Below, in pieces: positions 59,316-64,000 of a stretch of DNA of 64,000 nucleotides (its first letter is position 1; every line of letters begins with the position of its first letter). The translations under genes were made by a program, and so were the position numbers. A model generated the notes under the pieces. The model saw nothing but the letters and a program-made list of their open reading frames with translations, made no database searches and was not told where the DNA came from. Source of the stretch: Planctomycetota bacterium. GTDB taxonomy: Bacteria; Planctomycetota; Planctomycetia; Pirellulales; Pirellulaceae. The DNA is taken from assembly GCA_018969045.1 (NCBI GenBank), contig JAGWZB010000001.1, positions 250 to 64,249 on the forward strand. The letters run 5' to 3'.

Positions 59316-59972
59316 ATGTCGGTAGATCGAAGGCAATTTATGACCTCATCGGCCATCGCAGCATCGGTAGCCCCGGTATTGGGCCGTTCACAGGAGACTA
59401 TTATGAGCAAGCACAAAGTACTGATCATTGTTGGCGACGCCACCGAAACCGTCGATACGCTATACCCTTATTATCGCTTGATCGAAGCTGGTTATGAGCC
59501 AGTGGTAGCCGGTCCTGAGAAAAGGGTGTATCAGATGGTGATGCATGAGGTCAAACCCGGGTGGACAATTACCAAAGAGTGGGAGGGATACACGATCGCC
59601 GCCGACGTGGCATTCAAGGAGATCAAACCTCAGGAGTATGCAGGGATTTTTTTTAGTGGAGGCAGGGCACCTGAGTACATCCGCGAGGATCAAGACTTAC
59701 TGCGGGTGACGCGTTGGTTTTGGGAGAATAAACGTCCGATGGCTAGTGTATGCCATGGGGTTGAGATCCCGGCTAGGGCAGGTATTGTCAAGGGCTTGCG
59801 GATGGCGACAGTGGCCAAGTGCAAATTCGACTTAGAAGTATGTGGCGGAATCTATGTCAACGAACCCTGCGTGATCGATCAGCACATGTTCTCAGGTAGA
59901 ACCTATCACGATCATGGGTACTACATCGGACCATGGATCAAGGCCCTCGATGCATTTTGCAGCAAGTCCTAG
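59316..59972 (+). CDS. DJ-1/PfpI family protein (possible Tat leader; alternative start 59403)
   Basis: GD..E, GGRAPEY, VCHG nucleophile Cys; leader MSVDRRQFM. Confidence 0.88.
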   Translation: MSVDRRQFMTSSAIAASVAPVLGRSQETIMSKHKVLIIVGDATETVDTLYPYYRLIEAGYEPVVAGPEKRVYQMVMHEVKPGWTITKEWEGYTIAADVAFKEIKPQEYAGIFFSGGRAPEYIREDQDLLRVTRWFWENKRPMASVCHGVEIPARAGIVKGLRMATVAKCKFDLEVCGGIYVNEPCVIDQHMFSGRTYHDHGYYIGPWIKALDAFCSKS

Positions 59973-60086
59973 CGTAAACACACGCCACAGATCGACCGAT
60001 AATTTTCCTCGGTTAGCAAAATCATTGTTACTTAAATGAAAAGCCTGTGATCATTTAGCATCCCTGGTTGTATTCCAAGCACCCTT

Positions 60087-61073
60087 ATGCAAACCACCCA
60101 GTGCGAATCCCAATCTGAATTGCTTTTCCAATCCGTAGGCCTCAGCAATGGATGGATCACTACCCAACTGAGCGATACAGGTCATGGTGCGCTTGGGCGC
60201 GCCATCCGTTGGGCGAAGCAACAATTCGCCGAATTGGAAAGTTCATTTTACATAGAACCGCTCAATACCCCCGAAAATACCCTCCGAGCCATCGATGCGT
60301 GTCGGCAACAGTCGATCCAACTCTTCATGAGCGAGGGTATCGACGTACGTTTTGCAAATCCGACAATGCAAGCCATCCAGAGTGTTCTAAGGTTAAAACG
60401 GCACGACAGATTAGCCAACTCACTTCCATTTGATGCGATCCAACCAAACACCTCATCTCTGCATTTGTTGGAAGTTCTCAGGATCGCCAATCCAAAACGA
60501 ACTCGCGGAATGACCCTAGCAGATTTAATGCACCTTGCAATTAACTCAGGTAGTTCGATCACTGATTTTTATCCCGACTCGCATGTCCTGATCTCGAATC
60601 TAGCGTCCTTCTTAATCCGTTTCCATAAACAACCCGATTGCAAGTTGCAGATGGAAACCTCTAGCAATCCGAGCACCAGCAATAAATACCCAAGCCTTCG
60701 AGACACATGGGATGCTACACGCTCTAAGTTCCCACGGGTTTCCCAGCGCGGGATCAGGAACCTGACCAACCAACAACTTCAGCGCCACTCGGTGATGCTA
60801 CTGTATGGATTATTCGTGCTCCAGTTTGGACACGCAGATCCGCAACCTCCCTTGAGTCTTGATGATGTACAGCATCGAGTCCGCTTATTATTTGATCGCG
60901 GTATTGCCGCATGGCCCAAACAACTCTCTGATCTGCTCAATAGCCTTTGGGCTCAAGACCTCGACCAAGAGGCAACCCTGGCGCATTATGCAGAAGAAAT
61001 TGCATCGACGGCCCGGCATGTCGGCAAATGCCTGCTTGGCCAATATCCTTTAGTCTCCGAGTTGCTCGGATAA
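60087..61073 (+). CDS. Hypothetical protein, C-terminus weakly sigma4/HTH-like
   Basis: 328-aa ORF directly upstream of a kinase gene; segment WPKQLSDLLNSLWAQDLDQE...STARHVGKCL resembles sigma region 4 by manual alignment. Confidence 0.6.
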   Translation: MQTTQCESQSELLFQSVGLSNGWITTQLSDTGHGALGRAIRWAKQQFAELESSFYIEPLNTPENTLRAIDACRQQSIQLFMSEGIDVRFANPTMQAIQSVLRLKRHDRLANSLPFDAIQPNTSSLHLLEVLRIANPKRTRGMTLADLMHLAINSGSSITDFYPDSHVLISNLASFLIRFHKQPDCKLQMETSSNPSTSNKYPSLRDTWDATRSKFPRVSQRGIRNLTNQQLQRHSVMLLYGLFVLQFGHADPQPPLSLDDVQHRVRLLFDRGIAAWPKQLSDLLNSLWAQDLDQEATLAHYAEEIASTARHVGKCLLGQYPLVSELLG

Positions 61074-61097
61074 ACGAATTCGCGGTAAACGATACAA

Positions 61098-63812
61098 ATG
61101 ATACATTGGGACGAATATCCACTAGCGATCAAAGAGGAAATCCTTGCTCAAGTCCAATCGCATGATGAGTTGCTCGATTCGCTGATCGATTCCCCCGTGG
61201 ATCTTGGTGAACTTCAAATCGATTCAGTACCTGGTTACTGCATCATCGAGCAAATTCAACCAAGCCATTCGCTTCATAGTATCTTCTTAGCGATTAGCGA
61301 TCCTCGGATCACGCCGATCCCACTTAGACACTCGGTTTGCATCAAACTCGCATGCGTAAACAGCGAACATGGCAGATTTAGCTTTTCCGAACTTGAGGAT
61401 TGCCGCTTAAGTATCGATAAAGAGACCGAGTCGCTGAGAATCCTTTCTAAGATTCCGCAATTGCATGGAAAGATTCCTAAGCTTATTCATGCAGGCACGA
61501 TACGGATTGGATCGTTTGAGACGAAATATCTCGTAACGGAGTACTTTTTTTCAGTGCGCAAAGCGCGGGCGGAGGATTTGACTTCAGTAGCGAGCATTTG
61601 CCAGTTGCTCAAGATTCTTCAGATCATCCATCAACAAGGAATAGTTCACGGTGATTTAACACTAGAGAATCTAATGATGGTTGATTCCCGGGTCGGCCAA
61701 AAAGCTTTAACTCAAGAGGAGTATGATTGGAAAATCCTTGATTTTGGCAGTGTTGCGTTTTCTCGACGTTGGGGGCTTTTCAGTCCGTCGAAGCGACCAA
61801 GTTTTGCGCATCGGCTTGCTGGCCCGCTCGATGAGATTCGATATGCATGCCCTATCAGTGCTTCGTATGACGTGGCGTGCCTAGCGTTGCTGATTCAAGA
61901 GTCGACGTGTTTGGCATTCACCGATGCAGGAGATCTTAAAAGCGGAGATTTCGAATCCTATTGGCGCTTAGCTACCGATCCTCGGCCCGAATTGCGTCCA
62001 AGCGATGCAGGGCAATTTCGAGGAGATCTTGTAGGACTAATGCGCAATGGAACTTGCCGGCGGAAATGGCATAGCTTATCAATAATTCGTGCTGGACTCC
62101 GACGCAATACAAAAACGGTTGCCTTGGTAGTAGCTATGTTCAGCACTGTAGCTTTTGCTGCAACCTATGCTATCTACCAGCGACAATTGAGCTCTCAAGC
62201 AAGAGAGCTAAATGCACAATTGAGTCAAACCGTAGAGTCGCTCATGCATCGCAATTCAAGTATGCTCGGCCAGATCACAGATCTTGCAATTATGGAGCGG
62301 ATCGGGGTTGGACAAGGAAAATCACAAATCGATGGATTGGTTGAACAGAGTTTAGCCACTTGGGGCAATTCAAACCTTAACCCTCAGGTTCGCATTACGG
62401 CATTAAGGTTATTGGTGGACGCATCGCAAGCGATGTTGGAATTTCACAAATCTAAAAGCTCACATGCGTGCTTGATTCGAACGTATGAAGCGATCCAAAG
62501 GGTTGCGGGCCAGTCCATCAACAAAAATCCGTTAGTTCGGTTATTAACGATCCGAATAAGAAGCAAACTGATACGACTTGCGGTTCAATACAACCACCCA
62601 ATGCCCTTGGGGCAGGACCCCCAGAGAGTTGCTAAAGAGCTTGTTGACGATTTTCTGAGCATGGATTTACTGAACAAGGAAAGTGGTCGCAGCTTAACAT
62701 CAAAAGAGTCACAAATCGAGTTATTACATCGCGAAACCCTGTGTTGTGCCGAGAACCTGCTTCGAAGTGCTATTTACGTGTTCCGTGGTTCTGACTGGTT
62801 GCTTGCAAAAACTCCGGTGGTTCAGCGAGTCTATGAACATGCAACTAAGAGTGTTAATCGACAGGACAAAACCCTTTGTGTACCACTGGCGGCTCTTGAA
62901 TGCCAATATGCATTTATGATCCATAAGGGTTTTTTGAGTCCTGTTTGGTGGGCTGGGGTAGATGATTACTCACTATTGGCTCGAATCGTGCAGCAACGAT
63001 ACATCGAAGCTCAAGCTTTGGTTCAAGAAGGTTTGCAAGATAAATTGACCGACGAAGACGCAAATGTGGCCAGAGAGCTTCGTTTAAGGATCCCGAATTA
63101 CCTTGGAATGTCTTACTCACAGCAAGGCGACTTTAGTCGCGCAAGAGGCATGTTGCAGGAAGCATGGCGACTGAGCAAACAGGAGTTGGATCAAGCTCCC
63201 AAGTCGGTGTTATGTCTTAGGAGAGCGGCAAATGCAGTTTGGGATTTGGCAGACACATACACCAATGAGATTTTTATCACTCCGGAGATGAACGAATCTT
63301 GCCGAATGGAACTGAATAAGGCATCGATACCACATCGTAATTTAGCGATTGAGTTATGTCGGCAGTGGGTTCGGCTCGATCGGAGCAAGGAATCGGAGGT
63401 GGCGTATGTTGTCAATGTGCTTCGAGGTTTCTACTCGGAGTTTTCGATTGGGAACGAGGGGCGAGGCTTACAGATATTGCATCAGGCTCAGCAGGAAGTG
63501 ATTTTAAAAGATCCCGGGATTGGACACAGCAATGGGGACGAATTATTGATTGCCTCTGCGTTTTTGCATGTCCGAGAGCCAGGGGGGGATGGGCATCGTA
63601 ACTTGTATGAGAGCAGTCTAGAGAGATACCGAGAATGGTTGATAGAACATGAGCCAGCAGATGGACAAAATCTACAGCAAATCCATCGGGATCGAATTGC
63701 CGGACTCACAAGGTTAATGCAATCCGAAATATTTGGTGAATTGGAAGCCGATTCTCGATGGCGGGGGCTTAAACAATATGCGCAGCGAATCCTGAATCGA
63801 TCATCAATTTAA
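61098..63812 (+). CDS. Atypical Ser/Thr kinase-like membrane protein with long helical C-terminal domain
   Basis: VCIK, HGDLTLEN, ILDFGS retained; no GxGxxG or APE; TM helix TVALVVAMFSTVAFAATYAIY. Confidence 0.8.
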   Translation: MIHWDEYPLAIKEEILAQVQSHDELLDSLIDSPVDLGELQIDSVPGYCIIEQIQPSHSLHSIFLAISDPRITPIPLRHSVCIKLACVNSEHGRFSFSELEDCRLSIDKETESLRILSKIPQLHGKIPKLIHAGTIRIGSFETKYLVTEYFFSVRKARAEDLTSVASICQLLKILQIIHQQGIVHGDLTLENLMMVDSRVGQKALTQEEYDWKILDFGSVAFSRRWGLFSPSKRPSFAHRLAGPLDEIRYACPISASYDVACLALLIQESTCLAFTDAGDLKSGDFESYWRLATDPRPELRPSDAGQFRGDLVGLMRNGTCRRKWHSLSIIRAGLRRNTKTVALVVAMFSTVAFAATYAIYQRQLSSQARELNAQLSQTVESLMHRNSSMLGQITDLAIMERIGVGQGKSQIDGLVEQSLATWGNSNLNPQVRITALRLLVDASQAMLEFHKSKSSHACLIRTYEAIQRVAGQSINKNPLVRLLTIRIRSKLIRLAVQYNHPMPLGQDPQRVAKELVDDFLSMDLLNKESGRSLTSKESQIELLHRETLCCAENLLRSAIYVFRGSDWLLAKTPVVQRVYEHATKSVNRQDKTLCVPLAALECQYAFMIHKGFLSPVWWAGVDDYSLLARIVQQRYIEAQALVQEGLQDKLTDEDANVARELRLRIPNYLGMSYSQQGDFSRARGMLQEAWRLSKQELDQAPKSVLCLRRAANAVWDLADTYTNEIFITPEMNESCRMELNKASIPHRNLAIELCRQWVRLDRSKESEVAYVVNVLRGFYSEFSIGNEGRGLQILHQAQQEVILKDPGIGHSNGDELLIASAFLHVREPGGDGHRNLYESSLERYREWLIEHEPADGQNLQQIHRDRIAGLTRLMQSEIFGELEADSRWRGLKQYAQRILNRSSI

Positions 63813-63816
63813 AGGG

Positions 63817-63990
63817 AACTACGGGGGACAGTCCCCGAGCACTCGGCATCGTATTTGCTAGCAATTAATCCCTCTCTGAACTACCGGGGACAGTCCCGGG
63901 ATTCTAGAGCATGCAATTGCTAGCAATCCGCATTGCAGGCACCGGGGACAGTCCCTGGGTTTTCCATCGCGCAATTGCTAGCAATCTGAG
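63817..63990. repeat. Array of 3 units alternating two palindromes, GGGACAGTCCC and TTGCTAGCAA (may continue beyond the window)
   Basis: GGGACAGTCCC at 63825, 63887, 63945; TTGCTAGCAA at 63855, 63917, 63975; periods 62 and 58 bp; inner spacer 19 nt in all three. Confidence 0.9.
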
Positions 63991-64000
63991 TCGCAAGAGG

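Noticed and set aside
63817-63990. Canonical CRISPR array
   Set aside because: No continuous 23-47 nt repeat; two short dyads alternate and the spacers are partly similar; no cas genes seen

Overview
A 64-kb chromosomal segment that looks planctomycetal (Pirellulaceae-like). The assignment is inferred from gene content: a PEP-CTERM protein, ECF sigma/Ser-Thr kinase pairs, an FG-GAP/ASPIC-UnbV TPR protein, a prenyltransferase-repeat protein, a secretin-N-repeat protein, OleC and MqnD. The core is a translation cluster: tRNA-Thr(UGU), Tyr, Gly, Thr(GGU), tuf, tRNA-Trp, secE, nusG, rplK, rplA, rplJ, rplL. It is followed by rpsD and lpdA rather than rpoBC. Housekeeping genes surround it (folE, folC, lysA, lpxB, cdd, nupC, mqnD, M32 peptidase). 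The most notable non-housekeeping signal is a REP-associated tyrosine transposase (RAYT, HUH/Y1) at 6600-7868, bracketed by clusters of a short odd palindrome, GTGCC-W-GGCAC. Related palindromic elements lie far away, including an array at the right edge (63.8-64.0 kb) that alternates GGGACAGTCCC and TTGCTAGCAA with a constant 19-nt spacer. Other points of interest are an internally deleted, frameshifted ECF sigma gene still coupled to its kinase, a second divergent sigma4-like/atypical kinase pair, an in-frame 7x15-bp repeat inside a lipoprotein gene, and several uncharacterised operons. All calls come from reading motifs by eye; no database searches were run. Several starts were moved downstream of the ORF-track starts.
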